55,185 bases of DNA from Catajapyx aquilonaris (lineage: Eukaryota), in the NCBI GenBank assembly GCA_000934665.2, contig KZ538142.1:62001-117185 (forward strand). Reading direction: 5' to 3'. Below the pieces are notes generated by a model. The model saw only the letters and a list, made by a program, of their open reading frames with translations. It searched no databases and was not told the DNA's origin. Made by a program: the position numbers and the translations under genes. The number at the start of each line of letters is the position of its first letter. The stretch's first letter is position 1. This document shows positions 1 through 11,726 of this stretch, one piece after another.

Positions 1-459
1 AATAGCGTTGAAGAGTTGAGACTTTTTGATGTGGAAGAAGAGAAGAAGAAGGAAGAAAAAAAAGGAAAGGGGGAAGGGTAGGGGAGTGGAGGGAGGGAAA
101 TAGCCCCCGCCTGGCTGCATTGGCTTCTTGGCTCGATCCGCAGCTGTCAGGAAGCGAAGTTGGGGCCAACTGACAGACGAAAAGGATGTGCCCTCCTGCA
201 TTTTTCGGACGCTTGTCTGCACCCAACTTGGGCCCTTCTGGAAGGCCATGGCGCCACCCCACCCCCCACCCACAACTTGGAAACATATCCAGGGAGAATC
301 CCCATCACCACGAGTGTAATCTGCAATGTGCACCAAGCTTATACTTGGTGCAGTTGAAGCACCTCTCACTTGAAAGTCAATTGGCATCACTGCCACTCAC
401 GCGAATCATATCAGCCGATCGTGATTGATGGTGTGACAAATCCGCGTAAGTCATCGAAA

Positions 460-760
460 AACTTACTTAATTGACGCACTTGACGTAATCGGCATAATTA
501 TTGTAGTAGGCATACCGGTAATTGAAGTACTTGACGTACAGGTAATTGGCATAATTGACAAACTGGACATTGCAGACAAAGGCTACAATAGATGTACTTG
601 ACGTATTTTTCGTACTCGAGTTATTTGGAGTAATCAACGCATTTGATACATTAGGCGTAGTTTACGTAGTTAACTTAACCGACGTGGTTTGCGTACTTCG
701 CGAAATCAATGTACTCGACATGTTTAACGTAATTGGCATACTTAACGCACGGTAATTTTT
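460..760. repeat. Degenerate ~9-bp-period tandem array (GTAMTTGAC-like)
   Basis: Recurring gtacttgac/gtaattggc/gtactcgac/gtagtttac units. The 555-755 ORF shows the resulting 3-residue periodicity (DVL/DVF/GVI). Confidence 0.6.
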
Positions 761-1896
761 ATAGCTAAAGTAATTTTCAACATTTTTTGCTGAAACGATC
801 GACAGACAGTTGCAGATATTACGTGAAATTACGTAATGGAAGACATTTTACGAAGTTATTTTGGCTTTAAAAATGTTACCGCCTTAAAACAATGATTTCA
901 AACAATTACAGAGACATGAAAGTACGCCCCAGTAATTAACAGGTATTTACGCTATCCCCTTTCCCTTTGACAAAAAATGTGTGCAATGTTTACTTGGCCG
1001 CAATTAAATTTTTAGAACCCAAATTAAATGCAACACCTCTCCTCACACAACTGGGCAATGAATAAATCTGTGACCGTGGTTTTGGTAAGCGACGCACACC
1101 GGCTCTTTTTTCTCTCTCCAACCATTCTATAGCCACTTTCTATTTTTTAAGACTCTGTAACTACAGGGTTCGAATCCCTCCTCCCTCCATTTTCAACCCT
1201 GCTAAATAATTCATGTGCTAAGCTGGTAGGAGGCCAACAAAGCCCCCCCTTTTCCTCCCTTCCACCGACCGACCGACCGACCGACATCCAAAGTCCTCTC
1301 GAGTGTGTTTCGCAACGATTAAATTTAATTCTGTTTGCACTGTGGCGCACACACATATGGCGAATTGACGTGCGGGATGTTACGGCCTGTGAATGGACCT
1401 CCTCTTGCATTCAGACCATGGAATATAACCGTTTTCCATCCTGTTGACCTCATCCACCCCTCCCCTCACAAATAATAATCGTTTCCCGCCTGTTTTCATG
1501 CCCTCTGAACGACAACTACTGACAAGGCTTCCCAAATGGCAAAAACTATTGTTGTACGCATGTCACTTGAGAAGTCGTTAGTGCTGCGTGAACTGACGTG
1601 TCCATTTTAATTAGTAATAATTGTTGTGCACCGATGTAAGCAGTTACATTTTGAACAGATATCGAAATGTGTTGTCCCAAAAACAAAGTTATAATAAACA
1701 ACAATAAATAGGTATACTAGAAAACCCTCTCTTCGCTCGCATTTTTCTAGGCCTGCGGCCTGCGGTGGTCGAGTACATATTGTTAATCGCTTTGGTTTTC
1801 GTAGATCCTGTATATCTCCCCCCCCCCCATCTCTCTCATCCTCTCTGGAAGCCCAGATTAACTTGTCATTATACAGCCAAACTAAAGAGATGGAGA

Positions 1897-2050
1897 AACA
1901 AATGTTATCCTGACCGTTCAACGCAACCCCTTCGACTCTCTTGAACAACTGGTTGCCTCACTGCCAGGATGTTTTGGCACAGATCCGTAACCTAAGAGTG
2001 TTCACACGACATCGACATTGTTGCAAATCAGTGAGTGAGCGAAGGAATTG
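1897..2050 (+). repeat. Dispersed repeat fragment, unclassified (second copy at 23483-23608)
   Basis: aatgttatcctgaccgttcaacgcaaccccttcgactctcttgaacaactggttgcctcact aligns closely with aatgttatcctgactgttcaatgcaacccattcgactgtcttgaacaacgggttgcttcact near 23488. Confidence 0.8.
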
Positions 2051-2080
2051 CTTGGTGCAATAATTACTCAAATCGAAGTA

Positions 2081-2478
2081 CAGTCGAACCCCGATTATCC
2101 GTCACCAACGGGACTCGAGCATCGTCGGATAACTGAAAAGGCCGGAAAATCCGAGGAGTAAAAAAACCCTTTAATAAAACACAACAAGAAACATATAGAA
2201 ACATGAAATAACGTATATAAGGTGAAGTGGGGGAAGTGCACACCCGGGGTAAGTGCACATATTGTGCACTTACCCCGGGTGTGCACTTCCCCCACTTCAC
2301 CACTAATGGTTTTCTAAGAAAGAGTGAAGTATTTATCTTTTACACGCAAATCTACTGAACTTGATTCACCATTTAACTACGGCAGAACAAACAAATGCGT
2401 AGAACATTACAGTATTTCATTGAAAAAATCCCAGATTTAATCCTGGAGCGGGATGGTCGGATAATCGGGGTTCTACTG
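2081..2478 (+). mobile_element. pogo/Tigger-like MITE (Tc1-mariner superfamily), copy 1
   Basis: TIRs CAGTCGAACCCCGATTATCCG / CGGATAATCGGGGTTCTACTG (20/21 match); TA on the left, TG on the right; interior homologous to 29439-29718. Confidence 0.85.
2221..2301. mobile_element. Perfect hairpin mini-element nested in the Tigger-like MITE
   Basis: Perfect 39-bp arms (2221-2259 / 2263-2301) with a TAT loop; same GGTGAAGTGGGG..AAGTGCA terminus as the element ending at 27110; absent from the sister MITE. Confidence 0.85.
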
Positions 2479-3139
2479 TGCTGAGATCAGTAAGTTATAT
2501 CGATATAGTGGCATGCTGCTATGAATATGGATTATCTCCTGATTGGCGTGGGAACATGTTTGAAGATGTCTCTTTTCCTATCCGTTCTCTGGCTGTCCCC
2601 TCTGTGGCCTTAGCTGCCTGTGCTCCTTCCCTCACCCCCCGATAAGCGAGCCTATTCCGGAGCACTTCAGTGCAGCCGTCTGGTGGGGCCTGCGAAACTG
2701 GCTGTTTCCCACCGGCTCATCCCTTTTGTCATGACTTCACAGGTTTTGCAAAGTGGGTCTCCCAGCATCCCTGGGGCCATAAGGAGAGGAAGAGAGAGAG
2801 AGAGAGACAGAAAAAGAAGGGGGGGGGGAAGAGGAGGATTTCACTCCGAGTGGACACGTCGGATCGAATCCGGGGGACTGACTCTTGCGCTGCAAAAGCT
2901 CTCTTGTTGCTAATTAGACAGCCCTATTTGCATAATGGCGAGGCAAGCGGGATGATCTTTCCGGCCTAGACTCCCCCACCTCCACCCTCCTCGAAAAAAA
3001 ACCCTTCCAATGCATGCAGTACCACCCGAAATTTTCACACCAATCCTTCAGTTGCCAAGTGCATTTCTGCTAATCTTTCTCTTTTTTCGCACTATTTTGG
3101 CGTCAGGCTCCAAGGGAAGAAAGGGAAGTGAAAAACAAT

Positions 3140-3580
3140 AGTTACACAGTTTGCACATATATGATAGCAGTTATTTTGGAAGTATTTTTGTGGCTATAAT
3201 CGCCGTTAATGTGTAAATATGCTATTTCTTTTATAAGTAGCAGTGATTTGTAAAATAGATGTTAACATGCTCATGTAATATCGGTTATCTTCGAGGTAGC
3301 AGTTACTTTGTGAATATAATCACTGCTATTCAGCAATACCGTATCAGTTATTTTTGGAAGCAGCCGTTACTTGTGAATAATACAGCTATTAATGTGCTAA
3401 TATCATAGCAACTGGTTACTGTGGAAGTAGCAGTTACTTTGTAAATATCGCAGTTATTTTGACTTTATTAGCAAGTATGTTGCATTTGTTTTAGCGCATA
3501 TCATTAAAATAACGCGTAAGTCCAAATCTGAGATGAAGAATGTGTTACAACTAGCAGTTATTAATAGCGGTTATATCTAC
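3140..3580. repeat. Degenerate AT-rich tandem array (TAGCAGTTA(C/T)TT-like motif)
   Basis: Repeated agcagttatt/agcagttact/gcagttatt/cagttattt variants at irregular short spacing. Confidence 0.5.
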
Positions 3581-4149
3581 GGGAAAGCGCCTGCGCAAGA
3601 TTTTTGCATTGGTGCAACGTTTATTCCGTGCAGATTCAAAACGAGTATGTCCTTTCCATTGCAGTTCGGTATTTGAATAACATATCTTGTTGCTAGGGGC
3701 GGTTGCCAGGGCGCGTTCCACTTGTAGCGTCCAATTTTTGAGAGCATTTCCACCGATGCTTCAGTTTCCAAGTGCACTTTTGCTAATCTTGTTTTTGCGA
3801 AGCGGAGTAACAACAGCTACATGATGGGAGGGGGTACTGCCGGAAACATATAATCGCGGTTATATCTAGGGCTAGAATTACAAACAGTTGGAGATGCTCG
3901 AGGCCACGCAGCGCAGTTTTGATTCCATGATAAATTTGCCAGCCAATAGATGAAAAGTGGGCGGGAAAGGCAAGAGAGGAAGCTGTGTTTCGATACCTTT
4001 GTTTCTGTCATGTACAATAAGATGCATATCGCTCAAAATCGTGGAAATGCGACTAATGAAGTTTGCACACTGCGACGTCGACGGAAATGGAACTGGCAAC
4101 GCTGTGCAGGGGGCGGAGCCTCTTATGTGACGTAAGAGACGTGTCACAA

Positions 4150-4457
4150 TGATGTCATCACCACCTTTTGATGACGTAACTTGCTGACAAAGGTGCCAGA
4201 TGAAGCATATTGCAGATGTCATTTCCACTTCACCTGGTACCCCCGTCCTGACAACATCATCAAAGAATGACGTCACCACCACCTTTTGATGACGTAAATA
4301 TTGATAGGTCCCGCCATATTTGATGACGTAAGAGGACAGGGGTACCAGGTGAAGCAGAAACGACTAGCTGAAATGTGCCAGATGAAGCATATTGCAAGAA
4401 TGTCATTTCTTCTTCACCTGGTACCCTCGTCCTCTCTAGTATGTCATCAAACATGGC
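4150..4457. mobile_element. Hairpin MITE (4313-4457) preceded by a partial tandem copy
   Basis: gccatatttgatgacgtaagaggacaggggtaccaggtgaag ... cttcacctggtaccctcgtcctct..atgtcatcaaacatggc form inverted arms; gtgccagatgaagcatattgca occurs at ~4193 and ~4375; relative at 51158. Confidence 0.65.
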
Positions 4458-4843
4458 CTTTTAATGAGCTCCGATGGATGAAGGCGTCCCATGCTGGGTC
4501 GAATTAGGAACCGCGGTCCTTCAATCAGTGGCGACGCTGGTTAGGTAGAGCAGGTTTCTAACTAACTAGGCTTCTAAAACCCTAAAGAGTGAGGCCTGGA
4601 AAGTCCGGCCGCCAGCCTCCCGCGTCTGTTTGCGAGTTTGTCTAAATCTCGGTGGCGGTTGACGGCCATTGGCGGCAGGCCCTTCCTTATTGGCTGCTGT
4701 CCGGCCTCATTATCAAATTGGATTTCACGTGCGCGGAGCTCGGATCATAACAAGGTCAAAAGCAGTTAATTCCCCTCTTCTTAACAGGATTGGCGCTTTC
4801 AGGGGGGAGGCTGGTGACGGTAATTTCCTGGATGCAGCACAGT

Positions 4844-4868
4844 CTGACTGACTGACTGACTGACTGAC
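4844..4868. repeat. (CTGA)n microsatellite
   Basis: About 6 direct copies. Confidence 0.9.
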
Positions 4869-6155
4869 CAAGGGTCGGTGGGCATTCCTGATGACCTGGA
4901 GGTCGAGAGGTGGCAGTCACGTCGACTGTTGCTGACACTGGCTGTCCCAGATTAAATAGGGGCAGGTCATGAAGGAAATTGAAGCTATGTAACTGACTGG
5001 ACAGCTGTTTAGTAGTGTGAGGACCACCAAAGCCTCGAGTTTAGCATATTATCGTGAAAAAATAATGACAGTAATACAAAATAATATATTTACAGAGATG
5101 TAATTAATTAATTTATGTATATTTGATTATTTTCGTCTGCATAATTACGATATATTAAAACATATTAATACTATCATTGCTAGTAATTAAATATCATTAT
5201 TTCATATAATTTAAATATATTAATGTATTATTTTAACACTAGTTATTATTTAATATTGTAGTAGTGTACATGGTTTTTTATTCTAATATTTTCATGTATG
5301 ATGGATTTATCGTATTTATTTATTTTTATATTATTTATTCATTCATTCAATGTGTTAAATTTATTTGTTCTTTTGCAATTTTTTATTTGATTTTATATTT
5401 GTTTTATATTAGTTTCCCCATAGTATGGCAGGGCCCTTTTATGGGAACACAGACTCCAGACACACGTAATTAATTATAATGATTTAATTAATATAGGTAT
5501 ATATTTTAGCCACGTGACATGAACTAACAATAAATACATTTTAACTATTTGATATACGTATATTCACATGTATTTTTACTAATGTAAGTGTATACAGTTA
5601 ACGGTTATAACGGTAATGCTATTCTGAATGACTCTCTAGCAATTTCGCACTTTAGTTAGCTCGCAAATTAAATTGGGTGTTAATACACTCAAAATAGGAT
5701 GCGAAAAAAATTAGCAAAGGATTGACACAAAGGGAGCGAGGTAATTAGCATTATTGCACGGGGGTGTTGGCAAGCACTCGAGTTTCAAAAAGCTCAAAGT
5801 CTTGATGGAATATTTGAGCACAGGTTATGGAGCGTCCACTTGATCCGGAGGATGGATAATGATGATGCACATAAAAAAACACCCTCGGCGCGACTAATGA
5901 ATCTATGTAGTCGAAAAAGTAAACATTTATAGCAATTACTGCGAAAGAGACTCAACAATATTGATGCACAACTCAACTGACAGAAAACATAGAAATGTTG
6001 TGATACACCAGCAGCTATTTTCCACATAATTCGCACACTCTACCTGCAATGTTTCGGCACAACAGATTAACCCATTTATGCCTAGCGTATAGCGTTGTTA
6101 TATTTTTAGTCATTATGTTAGTTCATAATTTTCTCAGTATTTCAAAATTTAATAT

Positions 6156-6620
6156 AAAAAAAACTTGAAAATCACGCGAGCGTGATTCGAGTACGTTAGG
6201 CCTTTTCTCAGTGGGAAGTGAAAATGGAGGCCCAAGTAACCGGTGACCTTCGACAGGGTCTTCCCTCCCCTCGGTCCATTAAACTGACAACTTTGTTGAT
6301 TACGATACGATACTATGCGATTCTAACGTGGACAATAATGACAGAGAATGTTGTCAGTCTCCATTCCGGTTTCCAAGAAATACATCAAAATCGATTCACA
6401 CGGTGTACACTCGACCAACTCGACCTTGGTGGATAGAGTGAACCCGGAAAGCAGGAAGTGGACGGTCACCGGAAGTAGGCCATGAAACCTATTTTGGTCA
6501 CTCTGAATCCGAATACGAAAACAGCTTGTCGCTATCTCCTGCGGTATAGGTCCTGATACCTGTCCACAGACGGACGGACATACATATAACCGTTCTATAA
6601 TACTTTTTATGAGAAAAATT
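6156..6620 (-). mobile_element. Helentron-associated non-autonomous element (HINE / DINE-1-like), copy 1
   Basis: On the minus strand: 5' TTTTTCTCA subterminal repeat, (GTCY)-type microsatellite, 3' TGAGAAAA partner, hairpin AATCACGC-NN-GCGTGATT (6170-6187), T-rich tail; collinear with 33943-34320. Confidence 0.75.
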
Positions 6621-8246
6621 ATTAAATGTAACCAAGAATAACTCAGTCATATTTGAGTTAAAATGAAAAAAAAATCGTCCTGCTTGCGCAACATTATATA
6701 GAGACGACATTATTTCAAACGATTTCTGAATACTTCACCTTCCTTTCACCTAACCGGCTTGGCGCATTAATAGAAGTGACGCAGCGTGAGTCATTAGGGT
6801 TTTTCCCCTCGCTCCGTCTAATCCAGTTCGACAATCAGACAATTTGAAACCGATTGCTACACCGAAGGGGGGTCCAGCCACCGCCGTCAATATTCCCTCG
6901 GAGCTGTAAACCACCCGAAAGGAAAAGGAAATTCCCTGCACCGCCACAGATTGGCAAAAAAAGAGAGAGAAAAAGAGTCAAGCTCAGCAATGTGTGTCGC
7001 AGGTTGTGTGAGCTGATAAGGTACAGGGTGTCACAGAGGAGGCGTGGCAGTGAGACTGGTGCCAAGTTGAGAGACGTCGCCTTCCCAATCAGTGTTTGAC
7101 CCCCTCTGGCTTTGAAGGAGTCTGCTGCTTGGTGGAGAACCTTTCTTTTTAGCCCGGCCTGACAGCGGCCCACTGGATACGACAGATTCTCTCAAATCTA
7201 TTCCAACCGTTTCCAAGTTGGAGCCAGAAGTGGGCGGGATTCAAGAGAAGAGGGGGCTCCCCTCAGAACAGACTAACGATCTTGATTAATTCTGCTGACG
7301 CTGGGGTTTTCCTTGCTATCTGGGTCAGCTGTTTTTGCCTCCATTGCAAGCCTAACCACATACACACGCACCATCATAGAATGGATAGTTTCGAGCTAAC
7401 TATTCTGCCACCAAAAGGCTCGTTGTGTTACAAAGACAACTTCCGGCCTTTGAACGCCGGATACGAGGATTGAATCTGAAATTTTGGAGAGTGAACAGCG
7501 ATCAAAAGGCAATATATCTTAAGAAGAGGATGTGACATATTATTTTGGTAAATTTTGTTTTAAATTATTAGTTATAGATTTCATTAGTGTTTATAATATT
7601 ATTTAAACCCCCATGAATCCGACCGAGAGGTTTGTATCATTTTTAAACCAATATTTAATTCATATTATATTTATATGACACGATAATGAGGATTGCTCGA
7701 GACGTATTTCAACCCGACCATTTCTTCTATCACCATCTTGATCGTGGCCTAGCATATGTCACTACTTATTGAAGCTTTATCTGCAGTCATGATATAGCCC
7801 TTCACTTTTCCTTCAAGCCTGTCATTCCTTGCTCGAAATTATCAAGGGTAAGGAAGTAGACGGAAAAAAGGAGATGGGGATGAACGAAAGGCATACACAC
7901 ACAAAAAAAGAAGAAGAAGAAGAAAATCATCTCTTCTATTTTTATCTCGGGCTTCCAGTTCGAGCCATGTATAGGTTTCCGCTCATCTCGTCCATAAAAA
8001 GTAGACGAAAGAAGATGAGAGAGGGAGGGAAAAATATATATGGTGGAAGGAGAAGCTTCTGCCCGGACTTCTCCGGAAGTCTGGAGAACTGGGGGAGGGA
8101 GTGGTGTAATTATCCAGTAATCCATTATATTTCCGGATAATCGTTTCCAATCATCTCCAAGGCAAATTACACTTGAAAAGCCCTGTCGTCTGCTCCAACG
8201 TCTTCCGATTCACCTCCACTCAACCTACCTTCATCGAATATAGGTA

Positions 8247-8596
8247 CAGCTGCACACAAAAAGTTCCGGAAAAAAATTGTACGATATTAATTTTTAATAT
8301 AAGCTTAGGGGCTCTTTAGAGGGCACTGAACCCGTCGCAAAGCAGTTTTGCAAGACAAATTACAATTCACTATTCGTATCCTTATGCTTATGCTTGTGAG
8401 ATGGTTCAACAAAAATAATATCCTAGCAGGAACTCTATATTATGAGGACCGACAACATGCCAGGTCTTTATTAGAAAATTCAAATTTAATGCTGTTAAAT
8501 TGAGCTGATATATTGAATCCCCCAAAAGTTTAAAGAGCATGCTTCAGATTGACTAATTGCGGTTCATTGTCCCTCCGAACTTTTTGTCCCGGAGAA
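8247..8596. mobile_element. Degraded Tc1/mariner-like MITE
   Basis: TA-CAG..ACAAAAAGTTCCGG on the left and CCGAACTTTTTGT...-TA on the right; the outermost bases have diverged. Confidence 0.4.
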
Positions 8597-11099
8597 TACA
8601 CCGCAGAACTTTGGTCTACTTTTTTTTTGGGGGGGGGGGGGGNGGGGGGGGGAGGACTGAACAAGGGCAAAACAAACGTTATTATTATTCTTCTGCGGTC
8701 GGCCCACCCAGTTTTTTTTATATTCTTTCCTCTCTAGCCTTCTCCCTTGGCCTGGAACTTTTTAGGTAAAAGAAGCTTTTTGGCCCATTGTCAAGAGGGG
8801 GGACCGGGGATGAAGGCGAGGAAGAAAATTGCCTACTCAACCGAGTCGCACGGTAGGCTTCCCTGGCTGCCATACAGAGAGACGAACCCCAGCCAGAGAG
8901 AGAAGGTCTGGCGCTGCTATACACTCATTTCCCTGGGTAACATTAATGCCGCCTAATCATCGCGGTTAATGATTTTATTCATGGGCGGACAGGAGAGAGA
9001 GGCTCCGGCAATTTGATGAAGCATGGGATGGACCCCTGGCATGCTTCGAGGGACGTGCAAATGTGTTGCATACTCTTCCAAGCATAGCCAGGAAGTAAGC
9101 CTGGACGAATTTTCATAATTAAACAAAAAAATACGTGTCCCAGCTTGACCCAATTGATCGAAATTTCAGTCAAAAATGTGTTTATTTTTCAATTTTCGTC
9201 TATATACGGATTTTTGGATCTAAATTGAAAAAAATGGCCTATATCCAGAAGGTCCCTTGAGGGGATAACAAAAATCAGCAGCTTGCATGAATGATTGGCT
9301 CCGGTTGTGCTGCCAAAGGCGCCGGGACGCCCGCCCCTTCGCCAAACACTTGCACTCTTCACTTACCATTCAACCTAAGGAAAATGAATTCCTTCCCCCC
9401 CAGGCTTTTTCCAACACCTTCCACGTATAGCAAAAAATATATTCCCTTCAGGAAGAGGCGGAGGGAGGCGAAAATTGACAAAGCGTCAGGTCCAAAGGCT
9501 TCTTAATAATTTAAGATCCGCTCATTCCTTTGCACTCGGCGTGGCAGCGTGTGATACCCAGATATGATCTCAAACGCATTCGTCACTGTTGTACCGACCA
9601 AAAAGTGACGACGTGACGGTCTATGTGCGATATAAATGAGGAGTCCGGGTCGATGACATCACCCTACAGTTTTTTTTATATCCTAGGGTTGTGTTACTAT
9701 TTAATGCAAGTCACTACTTGGCGTGTCGGGCAGGCGAGAAGCAATGTGCGCATTCATGGACACGAATTATGTCATAAGTCAGCTTCCCATTAATCACTTT
9801 CCACACTATACTTGTGGACTGTGCGACAACGAGCAAGCATTTTCAACCGTCGCGTCGTGTAACAAAGTAACACAACAAAATTGAAGGCAATGGAAGGGCG
9901 AAATCTAAGCGCATTTTTTGGACTCTCTTTTTCTTGGCCCAAAATGCAGCCAAAATATTTTGCATGTCACATTCCCTCCACTTTCCTCTTCAGACCTAAG
10001 CCGGATTTGTGACAGGGAGCACTGGCGCGCGACATTTTGTCGATCCGATGCGATTTGCCAAAGGCCTCTTCCTCAAGAGGTATATACACACACACCCAAA
10101 AAAAAAAGTTCGCAAAGAAGATGCAGGTTTTCTATCAGCATATTCGAGCTAGCATGTGCAGAGTAATCCTCCACAGAAAATTTACTCTTCTTGCTCTTCC
10201 AACAGGCTTCGTTTATCATCCTCGGCCATCTCCAGCCCCGGCAAAAAGCTTTAGCCGCGCTGCCCCGATTCCATGCCAGATAAAATCCGCGTCTCCTGAC
10301 CCCAAGCACCTCACAAAAATGGCCTGCTATGTACTGAGAGACGGAAAAAAGTGCGTGCCCCACAGTGATTATGTGGAAGCTATCAAACTGCGTAGCTTGC
10401 GTGCAACTCAAGCCCGTCACGCATCACCACTTGACTCGTATCTTGTGAGCCACAAGCTTCAGGAGGGAATGGAAAGGAGGGAAAAACACACCGCCAATTG
10501 AGAAAGCAGCAAAGCCACAATAACGTTCGTTGCCTGCAGCGCCACAAGACTGACAGTAAATGTTGCGGGTACTTTACCTTCGACTGGCCGTGGGAGTTAC
10601 GTATATTACTTCCCGGTTATCTGATTCCCAGTGGCGTAATGAGCCAACGTCGCATGACGTCAATCCCCCAACGTGCATATAGAGAAGTCTGCAAAGGATT
10701 AATAATTGATTCCCCCTCCCTATCTCTTTAGGTCTTGGTGTCTGGAAAAGGCCAGAGAGCCCGACCTTGGCCCGAAGGTTTTTGGCATGCAGAAATTCAC
10801 GTCATGCGTCTCATCTCATGCATTTTCATCCTCCGCCATCCCAACCCCCAGATTGGGGCAAAAGCAAAATCCCTGATAATCCTTGGGGTGGCCAGCATCG
10901 CCAGCAGGACATGAAATTCCACTTTGTTCAAAAGAGACGCTTTTTTTATAGAAAAAAGCCATGGTGGGTTTACTGAAGGGAGGACACAAAGGCTTCTTCC
11001 GGGCTGCCGATTTTTATATCCAACTTTACATTCGCCCTGCAAGAGTCTCACTTATAATATCTACAACTATCATTTTATTGGTTCCCAAAAACGGACGAA

Positions 11100-11241
11100 A
11101 CTGTCCATGTAGTACAATATCACTCACATATAGAGGCATGGTCGTGCGTACTGGTGGCGCCACCAGCCGGTGGTGGCCAAAGAGCGAATTGAAATTTCAG
11201 GCGGCATCTAGCTCACTCTGGACAAACAGAGGCACAGACTC
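11100..11241 (-). mobile_element. Modular short repeat family X (ends GAGTCTGTGCCTCTGTTTGTCC ... GGTACTACRTGGACAGT)
   Basis: Contains exact ggacaaacagaggcacagactc (also at 22832 and 33540) and the actgtccatgtagtac end. Confidence 0.75.
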
Positions 11242-11658
11242 TGATTGATTTCACAATTGGGTAGCTTTCCTTATTTTTTTTTATTTTTCGCCCTCCCTTA
11301 CACTACCCCCCCCCCCCCCAACTCCTTCCGCGCTTTGTGCAGAAAAGCTTAGCCGGAGATATACCCCCAGCTCGATGTGACATTTCCAAATGGAAAGTTT
11401 GGCGTTTTTCCCATTTTTTGCAGGGAAGGAAAGGGGGAGGGGGAGAGGGGACGGAGGAAAAGTTTCGACGTGGCAGACCGTGATATTCGCCGCACCAAGA
11501 ATAACCTCGTTTCGTGTTCCTTTTGTGCCTGGAGACTCGAGCAAACAACACTTGTGTATCCAGATTACTGCATGGAACTATACATTTCCCCTCCATCCAA
11601 TTCTTTTCCACGTCTTAGAAAGCGATTGTGGCAAAATGTTCCGGACACGATCAAGTTT

Positions 11659-11726
11659 GTCTGTACATTTGTTTGTCCATGTAGGATGCACCATCTATGT
11701 GAGAGATATGGTACTACATGAACAGT
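11659..11726 (+). mobile_element. Family X, short copy
   Basis: gtctgtacatttgtttgtcc...ccatctatgtgagagatatggtactacatgaacagt. Confidence 0.7.

Noticed and set aside
1070..1180. B-box GGTTCGAATCC at ~1166 suggesting a tRNA
   Set aside because: No cloverleaf or convincing A box at a proper distance; at most a decayed SINE head.
10037..10501. 154-aa ORF and the other 60-150 aa ORFs
   Set aside because: Random-like composition, microsatellite-derived runs, overlapping frames on both strands, no recognisable motifs.
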